Shown: piece by piece, positions 7,999 through 14,389 of the stretch
How the letters are laid out: every line of letters begins with the position of its first letter
Numbering within the stretch: position 1 is the stretch's first letter
Virus record (IMG/VR): IMGVR_UViG_3300011402_000062
Coordinates: 1-26,319 of that record
Source: a virus
Lineage: Duplodnaviria; Caudoviricetes
Strand: one strand, 5' to 3'
Length of the DNA: 26,319 bases
Position numbers and translations under genes: made by a program
Notes under the pieces: generated by a model
The model's input: the letters and a program-made list of their open reading frames with translations, nothing else
Database searches by the model: none
What the model was told of the DNA's origin: nothing

Positions 7999-8042
7999 GA
8001 TATTGAGAGAGACTGCAACTAGTTTCTCTCAATATCTTTTTC
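7999..8042 (+). terminator. Rho-independent terminator
   Basis: GATATTGAGAGAGACT-GCAACT-AGTTTCTCTCAATATC-TTTTTT. The 3' arm CTCTCAATATCTTTTTT is identical to that of the previous terminator. Confidence 0.85.
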
Positions 8043-8053
8043 TAAAGACATAG

Positions 8054-8146
8054 AACCGTTGTCAACGCTTCTCGTACCCGGAATGAGTAATTGTACCAGA
8101 ACCTTATACTGTCTTTACCACGGTCGATTAAAACCGTTGCAACGCT
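8054..8146. repeat. Two copies of palindromic AACCGTTG(T)CAACGCT, possible operator sites
   Basis: 8054-8069 AACCGTTGTCAACGCT and 8132-8146 AACCGTTGCAACGCT, in an intergenic region. Confidence 0.55.
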
Positions 8147-8183
8147 ATCCTAGAGGGTAGTCTAAAGAGGACAGAGGGAGTCA

Positions 8184-8357
8184 GTGACAAGACGAAATAA
8201 AGGTAGAAGAAATTTCGGTACTATAAACTGCAAAGAGTGCAAGACAGAAATAGAGAAGAGGAGAAAGAATCAAGAATTCTGTAGTGACAAGTGCAGAGTT
8301 AAGTACTGGATGAAAGAACATCCAAGAGTTGTGATTACTCTACATAAGGAGAAGTGA
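8184..8357 (+). CDS. Small zinc-finger protein (57 aa), not in ORF track
   Basis: GAGGGAG RBS, GTG start. CKEC...FCSDKC is a treble-clef-like pattern. Confidence 0.75.
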   Translation: MTRRNKGRRNFGTINCKECKTEIEKRRKNQEFCSDKCRVKYWMKEHPRVVITLHKEK

Positions 8358-8367
8358 AGGAGTTAAA

Positions 8368-8553
8368 GTGAGAATCCAAAAGCCAGTTCGTGGCGGCCGG
8401 AAAAGAGTCTCTGCTGGAGTTGTTAAGCAAATAGAACAACGAGTAGAGCGGGATGCTATCAGATATAACTGTAGCAAATCCTTTGTTGTCAACACTATCC
8501 TAGCACGTTTCTATCATGTAGTTATAGAGGAGCATTACGATGAAAATAAGTAA
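8368..8553 (+). CDS. Ribbon-helix-helix DNA-binding protein
   Basis: RKRVSAGV (beta strand), helix, then YNCSKSFVVNTIL (second helix). AAGGAG RBS. Confidence 0.7.
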   Translation: MRIQKPVRGGRKRVSAGVVKQIEQRVERDAIRYNCSKSFVVNTILARFYHVVIEEHYDENK

Positions 8554-8803
8554 CGATTCCTATGCAACAACTCTTGCTTATCTTGGAGCAAGAACCAGAA
8601 TGAAAGAGCTTCAAAAGGAAAAGAAAGTTATCGTTGACCAGATTGCTTGGTTGAAAGACTTTCTCAAACCAAAGAAGAAACAGTATGTTACTAAAGTGGA
8701 AAAGAAGTTCAAAAAGAGGAAGATTTCTGAGGCAGCTCTCAAATCTATGCGAGCGAATGCAGCAAAAGCAAGAGCAGCTAAGGCGGCAAAGAATGGTCAT
8801 TAA
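8540..8803 (+). CDS. Basic histone-like/nucleoid-associated-like protein
   Basis: N-terminal coiled coil LAYLGARTRMKEL and C-terminal RKISEAALKSMRANAAKARAAK. GAGGAG RBS. Confidence 0.6.
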   Translation: MKISNDSYATTLAYLGARTRMKELQKEKKVIVDQIAWLKDFLKPKKKQYVTKVEKKFKKRKISEAALKSMRANAAKARAAKAAKNGH

Positions 8804-9014
8804 CGATAAGAAAGAAATCAAAGGTGACGATACGGTATTGCTTGATATCTCTGATATTAAGAGAGCTTTCAGGCGATACTTAACAGCCACAGGACTCGGA
8901 AAGAAACATCACGCTACTGAATGGTATCGTTTCTGGTACGAGTTAAAAGAGAAAGTTACTGTAGTTCCGAAGATTAGTAACGAGGATGAGCCAGCTATTA
9001 AGGCAGGAGACTAA
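8793..9014 (+). CDS. Hypothetical protein (start moved from 8685 to 8793)
   Basis: In-frame ATG 8793 overlaps the end of the previous gene. The upstream extension is a shadow of that gene. Confidence 0.7.
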   Translation: MVINDKKEIKGDDTVLLDISDIKRAFRRYLTATGLGKKHHATEWYRFWYELKEKVTVVPKISNEDEPAIKAGD

Positions 9015-9202
9015 TGAAATTCGTAAAGGAAGAAGGTAATCCTCCAATCTACAATATCATTGATAACATGAATGGTAATGTAGCAATAGGATATATTCGC
9101 CGGACTCTGAAAGGAGTCTGGCAATTATATCTTTTTGATGATTGTTCTATTGATATCGAGGAACTTGAAGAAATCCTCAAAAAGATGAAGGACTTACAAT
9201 AA
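9014..9202 (+). CDS. Small beta-rich hypothetical protein (paralog family member 1)
   Basis: AGGAG RBS, TAATG coupling. Confidence 0.8.
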   Translation: MKFVKEEGNPPIYNIIDNMNGNVAIGYIRRTLKGVWQLYLFDDCSIDIEELEEILKKMKDLQ

Positions 9203-9450
9203 TGGACAAAAAGGTAGTTAGTGTTACGAAGTTTCTAACATTCAATTATGTACTTAATCCTCCTTCTTCAACTATGGCTGGAGAGCATAACTACTTCATT
9301 GAGAATAAAAAAGGAGAGATTCTCGGCTATGTCAACTTCTATAAGCCGTGGAATAAGTACGTCTTTACTCCCAATATAACAATCACGACCATCTTCGATA
9401 TTCAGTGTCTCCAAGCAATAACCTCTTTCATGAGAGACTTGAAAAAATGA
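9202..9450 (+). CDS. Small beta-rich hypothetical protein (paralog family member 2)
   Basis: TAATG coupling. Pattern Y.I....ILG.V....W.KYVF......FD...L..I..FM. Confidence 0.8.
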   Translation: MDKKVVSVTKFLTFNYVLNPPSSTMAGEHNYFIENKKGEILGYVNFYKPWNKYVFTPNITITTIFDIQCLQAITSFMRDLKK

Positions 9451-9728
9451 ACATCGAAAGAGTCAAGGCCGAAACAGAAAATATTAACTATCAGACAGCA
9501 GCTATGCTGACTCTAGTTAAAATCACTGATAATCTCATGAATAGTCTATGTCCTGCAGTAGTCATGTATCTTATTCATGAGATTGCAGTTCTCAAGATTA
9601 TCAAAACCGTCCCTGATGAATGGGAAGATAGAAAAGAGATTCAAGACTTTCTACTTGCAAGACTTCGTAAAGAGATTCAACAGATAGAGGATGAGATTCT
9701 TCAGAAGAGGATGAATGATGATGTTTAA
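9447..9728 (+). CDS. Hypothetical helical protein (start moved to 9447)
   Basis: ATGA coupling with the previous stop. Confidence 0.75.
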   Translation: MNIERVKAETENINYQTAAMLTLVKITDNLMNSLCPAVVMYLIHEIAVLKIIKTVPDEWEDRKEIQDFLLARLRKEIQQIEDEILQKRMNDDV

Positions 9729-9945
9729 GATTTATTTCAAGAACTTCAATGGCGGAGAAAGTGAGAGACATTTCGAGTTATTGGAAGAATGTTGCGTAGC
9801 TTTCTTTCGTAATCTCGGCCCCTCAGTCCAGAGAATCGAACTACATGAAAAGACTGGAGAAGATTCTGAGAGATTAATCATCCAAGCATATCGAATGGCT
9901 GAGAATGAGCACTTTAAGATATCAAGAGTTTTCAACATCTTCTAA
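9715..9945 (+). CDS. Hypothetical protein
   Basis: About 75 aa, GAGG RBS. The start may be 9718 or 9721. Confidence 0.7.
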   Translation: MMMFKIYFKNFNGGESERHFELLEECCVAFFRNLGPSVQRIELHEKTGEDSERLIIQAYRMAENEHFKISRVFNIF

Positions 9946-9994
9946 TGATGAGTGTCACCTAAACACTACAAAATCGAGATTTAAGGAGTGGCCC

Positions 9995-10023
9995 TTGACA
10001 GAAACAAGAAAGTGTGATACAAT
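9995..10023 (+). promoter_or_regulatory. Sigma70-type promoter for the recombination/replication operon
   Basis: TTGACA-17 nt-TACAAT. Confidence 0.85.
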
Positions 10024-10079
10024 GTCTAGGTTGAGGTCTACCCTTAAATCTCTTTATCTTGTATAAAAAGTAGAGCTAT

Positions 10080-10943
10080 ATGCCAACCGAAAAACGAGTC
10101 TTAGTAATAGACTCAACTATCCTCAATGCCCTACAGAAATGTCCTTACTATACATTTCTTTCGTTCCATAAGAATCTTCGTACCCAAATCATCGCGGAGC
10201 CTCTAGAAAGAGGTGATTTAACTCACCATATTCTAGAACACTACTATCGTTCCATTAAGGATGGTGCGAAAGTAAATGATGCGCGAGACTTTGCGGCTGA
10301 TAAAGGAAGAATCAAATATCCCACTCTTCATATGGAAGTGGCAGCTTGTGAATGGATTATCCAGTCATTCTTTCTCTACGTAGAGCGTTGGAGACAGGAT
10401 GGAATGAAAGTGCTTGAAGTCGAAAAGCCTTTCATGATGAAAGTCTATGAAGATTCAGAGCTAATCGTTTACTACGCTGGTAAGATTGATTTAGTGTGCG
10501 AATTGCCTATTATCGGCCGCACAGCAATGGACCATAAATCAAGAACAAGAAAGAACGACGAAACAGAACTTAACAACCAGTTCATTGGTTACGCTATCAA
10601 TACAGACTCGAACGTAATCTACGTTAATGAATTCGGTTTGCAAACGTCTAAATCTCCAGAAGAAAAGTTTCGTCGGATGCCTCTCTCTTATACTGACGGA
10701 ATGAAAGCTCATTGGATGAATAACATCCTGAGATATTGGATTCGTCAGTTAGACTATCATCTTCAAGAGAATGTTTGGCCCGAAGTCTGGAATCCGTGGC
10801 ACTGTAAGAATTGTGTATTTGCTCCTGTTTGTAAGAGTTCTACAGAAGAAGAACGTGAACGTAAATTAAGAATGAACTATATAATCGGTGAACCGTGGGA
10901 CGTTAGCGGTGCCTTAGAAGGTGAAACGAATGGTGAAAATTAA
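10080..10943 (+). CDS. PD-(D/E)XK exonuclease, Cas4/RecB/AddB-like
   Basis: N-terminal CP, GxxxH, EVE, GKIDLV, DHKS, Q..GY and C-terminal CxxC.F...C (four-Cys Fe-S staple). Confidence 0.88.
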   Translation: MPTEKRVLVIDSTILNALQKCPYYTFLSFHKNLRTQIIAEPLERGDLTHHILEHYYRSIKDGAKVNDARDFAADKGRIKYPTLHMEVAACEWIIQSFFLYVERWRQDGMKVLEVEKPFMMKVYEDSELIVYYAGKIDLVCELPIIGRTAMDHKSRTRKNDETELNNQFIGYAINTDSNVIYVNEFGLQTSKSPEEKFRRMPLSYTDGMKAHWMNNILRYWIRQLDYHLQENVWPEVWNPWHCKNCVFAPVCKSSTEEERERKLRMNYIIGEPWDVSGALEGETNGEN

Positions 10944-11235
10944 GGAGAAAACATGTCCTCCTCATAAATACAGAAGGAGGAATCTTAGTAAGGATAAAGA
11001 GAATCCATATCTAGTATTTAAGTGCATGGATTGTCCGCATTACATTAAGACGGAAATGGCAGTAGGATTAGAAGCTCGATGTTTCAAGTGTAATGGTAAG
11101 TTCTTTATAACTGCGAAGCAAGCGAGTGTAATAGCTAAACCGACTTGTCCAAACTGTGTAAGTAAGAGTGATAAAGGTAAGGCTCTTGAGGAGCAGGTAG
11201 ATAACATTCTAGATACAATCTTGAAAGGTATCTAA
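10921..11235 (+). CDS. Multi-Cys zinc-finger protein (start possibly 10930)
   Basis: CPPH, CMDC, CFKC and CPNC motifs. Confidence 0.75.
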   Translation: MKRMVKIKEKTCPPHKYRRRNLSKDKENPYLVFKCMDCPHYIKTEMAVGLEARCFKCNGKFFITAKQASVIAKPTCPNCVSKSDKGKALEEQVDNILDTILKGI

Positions 11236-11429
11236 TGCTTGAGTTTCGCAAAGAGAAGAATGGGGTTTATACTATTCACGATGGAAGTATGTATATTGGA
11301 GCTATTTCTAGGAACGGCCGCCAGTATACGTTCTTAGCAGTTCCATTCTTTCCGTTTGATAAAGACAAGTTAGAACAAGTCCTAAATAGGATAAAGGAAT
11401 TAGAATACGATGCCCATAACCTTGGATAA
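11235..11429 (+). CDS. Small beta-rich hypothetical protein (paralog family member 3)
   Basis: TAATG coupling. Pattern similar to the 9014 and 9202 ORFs. Confidence 0.75.
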   Translation: MLEFRKEKNGVYTIHDGSMYIGAISRNGRQYTFLAVPFFPFDKDKLEQVLNRIKELEYDAHNLG

Positions 11430-12165
11430 AGTGCCGATTGATAAGAACTTTCGCGCACTACTAATCGGCCCGACTGGTAGAGGAAAGACTATTGCCGCTG
11501 CTAGTTGGCCGGGAAAAACTCTTGTCATTGACTTCGACCATAGACATAAGCCAATTATTGATTGGTTTCCTGATAGACTCGGAGAGATTTCAGTAGAGGT
11601 TATCTACCCAAGTAATTATTGGGATGTATTCAAATCTCTCGTAGATAGTCTCGAATCAGGTAAGTTGAAGTTCGATAACGTAGTAGTCGATGGAATTACT
11701 ACACTCTCTAACACAACCGTAGTCATGCAAATGATTGCGAAAGGTCAAGGACCAGAAAAGGGAAAGATTACTAAAGGTGGAGTAGCAGTTCCGTCTTGGG
11801 ACGAATTCAATGGAGAGGCTATGTTAATCACACAGCTTCTTGAAACATTGAAGTCCATTAGATGTAACTTGTTCGTTACAGCTCACCCAGTCTCTAAAAC
11901 TCGAATCGAAGGTACTAAATCAATCAAAGAAACCTCAATCATTTCATTCGGGACAAAACTCGGCCCGATGATTCCGGCTTACTTTGACGAAGTTTATGCC
12001 TTCGATTACGAGTTCGATATCAACGCTGGTAAACCAGTCAAGAGATTAGTCTTTACTTCACCCACTTCAGACTATCCTGATGTAAAGACTGCGTTAAAGG
12101 GACTTCCTCCAAAGCTGGACATTACCGGAAAGAATCTTTACGACGTAATGAAGGAGTATTTGTGA
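11410..12165 (+). CDS. AAA_24 / Sak4-like P-loop ATPase (single-strand annealing recombinase-like)
   Basis: GPTGRGKT (Walker A), VIDFD, VVVDGIT (Walker B), TAH and YFDEV. Located near the exonuclease and SSB genes. Confidence 0.85.
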   Translation: MPITLDKVPIDKNFRALLIGPTGRGKTIAAASWPGKTLVIDFDHRHKPIIDWFPDRLGEISVEVIYPSNYWDVFKSLVDSLESGKLKFDNVVVDGITTLSNTTVVMQMIAKGQGPEKGKITKGGVAVPSWDEFNGEAMLITQLLETLKSIRCNLFVTAHPVSKTRIEGTKSIKETSIISFGTKLGPMIPAYFDEVYAFDYEFDINAGKPVKRLVFTSPTSDYPDVKTALKGLPPKLDITGKNLYDVMKEYL

Positions 12166-12293
12166 GATACTTCTGTTGGTTCTGTAAGAAGTCAGTTACT
12201 TCGGAATTACCAGATGATTCTGTTATTCGTGCAATTCTGGTCTGTCCAGAATGTATAGAACAGAAGAAAATCACAATCCCTGAGGAGGGATAA
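12162..12293 (+). CDS. Stand-alone ClpX C4-type-like zinc-finger microprotein (43 aa), not in ORF track
   Basis: AAGGAG RBS, GTGA and TAATG coupling. Sequence MRYFCWFCKKS...ILVCPECIEQ. Confidence 0.7.
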   Translation: MRYFCWFCKKSVTSELPDDSVIRAILVCPECIEQKKITIPEEG

Positions 12294-12481
12294 TGTTCAC
12301 TACATTTATCGGTGTGATTCTCGCGTTGGCTTTAGTTGGGCTAGTTATCTATCTAATCGAAACCTACATTCCCGGAGCTGCTGAGTTTAAGGTAGTAATC
12401 CGGGTGGTAGTGATTGTCATGTTAATCATTTGGATTGTTTACTACTTCGGTCCAAAGATTGACTCGATGCTTACGAGGTAA
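12293..12481 (+). CDS. Two-TM membrane protein, Thivi_2564-family-like
   Basis: LVGLVIYLIETYIP...K.VIRVVVIV...IW pattern. GAGGAGG RBS. Confidence 0.75.
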   Translation: MFTTFIGVILALALVGLVIYLIETYIPGAAEFKVVIRVVVIVMLIIWIVYYFGPKIDSMLTR

Positions 12482-12483
12482 AG

Positions 12484-12768
12484 ATGAACCTTGAAGAACA
12501 GGGAATTGTATCCACGATTGAGGAAGCTAATAGGAGATTTAACGAGCTTCTATTATTGGACCCAGAGACAGGTATGCCTCCAAAGCAAATTTGTTATGGG
12601 ATTCATTTTCCTCAAGATACTAATAAGCAATTAATCCAGACTATTTGTGATACTTTTAAGCATAGTTATCAGTTCTACTCAGTAGATGGCTTAACAGTAT
12701 TCGATATGAGGGATAAGGGTGCCACTGTTGGATACATGGTTTACCTGTTTAAGAAAAGTTTACTCTGA
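12484..12768 (+). CDS. Hypothetical protein
   Basis: 94 aa, GAGG RBS. Confidence 0.75.
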   Translation: MNLEEQGIVSTIEEANRRFNELLLLDPETGMPPKQICYGIHFPQDTNKQLIQTICDTFKHSYQFYSVDGLTVFDMRDKGATVGYMVYLFKKSLL

Positions 12769-12810
12769 TTGCTTAACCAGTTAGTCCCTGTCTGGGTAAT
12801 TAGAGTGAAA

Positions 12811-12875
12811 ATGGATTCCTACGAATACACTCGGAATAAGTAGGTCGTGACAAGCACGAGGCCCGTCCATCGAGT
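12811..12875 (+). ncRNA. Unassigned structured RNA motif, copy 1 (three-way junction plus pseudoknot)
   Basis: P1 ATGGAT/GTCCAT, P2 CCTAC/GTAGG, P3 TCGTG/CACGA. Loop ACTCG pairs with 3' CGAGT. A second copy lies at 14316. Confidence 0.7.
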
Positions 12876-12885
12876 TCTTTTTGAG

Positions 12886-13207
12886 ATTTACTCTTAGTAG
12901 GGTTCTAACTGAACAGAGTAAATAGTCAGACGGATACTGACTTAAAACAAAGCAACGTCTTAATTTGTGGTGACTCGACGTTAAATAGTAACCATCGTGA
13001 CTCATAATGTTGGATACGACAAGACCAACAGGTTTATCAGATACCCATGAGTGAAATTACTGATACGTGTCTTTGCGGCGTTGGGTTCTCACGTAAAATG
13101 AACTCACCACAATTTGGGTATATTTACCCAACATTAGTAGCTGTGCCGAAAGGGAGCGAACTACTAAACAATAGTTTTCTAGCCGTTTCTATGAATCAAA
13201 AAACGGC
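12886..13207 (+). ncRNA. Array of further structured RNA elements (hairpins and two pseudoknots)
   Basis: Back-to-back stems at 12886-12923, 12924-12942, 12954-12995 (H-type pseudoknot), 13000-13065 (three-way junction plus pseudoknot), 13082-13106, 13114-13131, 13134-13167 and 13182-13207. Confidence 0.55.
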
Positions 13208-13230
13208 CTCTTTAACTTTAGGAGAAGCAA

Positions 13231-13443
13231 ATGATTGACGAGAGCGACCTGAAAAACTGGTTTTCTTATCACGCACCAAACGAAAGTCAACAGACTCGAT
13301 ATGTAGAGATTCGGGCGGCCGCATTGAGTTTAGCTCAGTGTATCTTAGCTAATACTCCTCAAAATGCAGACCAATCAGCTGCAATTCGTAAAGTCCGCGA
13401 AGCTGTAATGACTGCTAATGCAGCAATCGCTTGCGGAGAGTAA
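13231..13443 (+). CDS. Acb2/Tad1-like helical hairpin protein (putative immune-signal sponge)
   Basis: Pattern FSYHAP...Y..IR..A..LA..I....P...D.S.AIRK.REAVM.ANAAIA, recalled as typical of proteins annotated Acb2/Tad1-domain. AGGAG RBS. Confidence 0.65.
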   Translation: MIDESDLKNWFSYHAPNESQQTRYVEIRAAALSLAQCILANTPQNADQSAAIRKVREAVMTANAAIACGE

Positions 13444-13444
13444 G

Positions 13445-13819
13445 ATGAGAGTCTACATAGCCACTTCTTTCCATAACATGGAAGTTAGAGATGTAGCTAA
13501 CTTCTTAGAAGATGCAGGACATTCAATTACTTGTCCGTGGTGGAAATCAAAAGCTCCTACAGTTGAGGAAGCTCAGAAAGACATTCAAGGAATCGAAGAT
13601 TGTGATGTAGTAATTGGCTTGTTCGATAAGCCATACATCTACAAAGGAGCTATTCTTGAGCTTGGAATGGCTTATGCTTGGAATAAGCATATTCTCATCA
13701 TTGGCAACGAACTGGATAGCATGATTTTTATGCTTCTTCCTAGGTTCATCAAAGTGAAGAATCTCAAGCAAGCTCTCAAAGTTATGAAAGACAAGATTAA
13801 GCAGGATGAACCTGTTTAA
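13445..13819 (+). CDS. Nucleoside 2-deoxyribosyltransferase / dNMP N-glycosidase-like protein
   Basis: MRVYIA, DIQGIEDCDVVI and GAILELGMAYAWNKHILIIG (catalytic Tyr/Asp/Glu pattern). Start moved to ATG 13445. Confidence 0.85.
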   Translation: MRVYIATSFHNMEVRDVANFLEDAGHSITCPWWKSKAPTVEEAQKDIQGIEDCDVVIGLFDKPYIYKGAILELGMAYAWNKHILIIGNELDSMIFMLLPRFIKVKNLKQALKVMKDKIKQDEPV

Positions 13820-13859
13820 TAACCGTAGGAAAAGAAAAAGAAAAGAAAAGAGACAAAAG

Positions 13860-14240
13860 ATGAAGTGGAATGTTTCTCCGTCCGATGTGTCGCGTGGCAA
13901 GCTAATCCAGAAACCGGGTTGGTATACTCTGGAGATTGCTGCCTACAACGAAGAGCAGGCCAAGAAGGGTGACTCTACAAATGCTGTGTTTGATTTCCGG
14001 GTAATTAGTGACGAACCGGGAGCCAACGGCATTGAAATCCGGGTGTGGTTCAACGAAAAAGCTCCCGGTGTTGCAGTTCCTTTTATGGTTGCTCTCGGTG
14101 CTGAGGAAAGAGAAGATGGTTCTCTCTCAGTTGAATTCGGGAAGCATCTTGTAGGCAAGCGTGTTCAGGGCTTTATCAAGCGTGGCGAATGGGATGGAAA
14201 GCCCAAGAACGAAATCGCTGAATACGCTCCTCTGAGTTAG
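13860..14240 (+). CDS. DUF669-like single-stranded DNA-binding protein
   Basis: PGWY.LEI...E..KKGDS and LVGKRV...IK..EWDGKPKNEI..Y. Start moved to 13860, after a purine-rich leader. Confidence 0.75.
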   Translation: MKWNVSPSDVSRGKLIQKPGWYTLEIAAYNEEQAKKGDSTNAVFDFRVISDEPGANGIEIRVWFNEKAPGVAVPFMVALGAEEREDGSLSVEFGKHLVGKRVQGFIKRGEWDGKPKNEIAEYAPLS

Positions 14241-14314
14241 TTCGACTGGACTTGGTTGGTCTTGGTAGTCCTCGGCCATTAAATGCTAGAAAGAGGTACT
14301 AGCAGCCAGAACTA
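14238..14314 (+). ncRNA. Putative structured RNA (three-way junction with kissing loops)
   Basis: TAGTT..CTGG/CCAGAACTA encloses TGGTC/GGCCA and TGCTAG/CTAGCA. The loops carry complementary CCTC and GAGG. Confidence 0.4.
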
Positions 14315-14315
14315 A

Positions 14316-14381
14316 ATGGATGCCTACTGAATATACTCGGAATAAGTAGGGGCTTTTAACAGGGCTGGGAAGTCCATCGAG
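14316..14381 (+). ncRNA. Unassigned structured RNA motif, copy 2
   Basis: Same P1, P2, loop GAATAYACTCGGAATAA and 3' CGAG as copy 1. P3 is replaced by GGCTTT/AGGGCT. Confidence 0.7.
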
Positions 14382-14389
14382 CTTTTTAT

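Noticed and set aside
10080-10943. Cas4-like gene as evidence of a CRISPR-Cas locus
   Set aside because: No repeat-spacer array or other cas genes are present. Solo Cas4-like nucleases are common in phage recombination modules.
12954-12995. Pistol-ribozyme-like GACGTTAAATAG
   Set aside because: It lacks the pistol P2/P3 arrangement and the downstream AGCG and GU cleavage-site context. Kept only as a generic pseudoknot.
13008-13110. tmRNA-like GGATACGAC and ACCA
   Set aside because: No tRNA-like acceptor or T-arm and no tag reading frame ending in hydrophobic-Ala-Ala were found.
13047-13238. 63-aa ORF inside the RNA array (and the minus-strand ORF 12781-13005)
   Set aside because: No RBS, atypical composition, and the ATG lies in a predicted helix. 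The region is better explained as structured RNA, although translation is not excluded.
14256-14328. Resemblance to a fluoride (crcB) riboswitch (..AATGGATGCCTAC 3' end)
   Set aside because: The conserved GAUG of the 5' loop is missing, spacing is wrong, and copy 1 of the motif has no equivalent upstream part.
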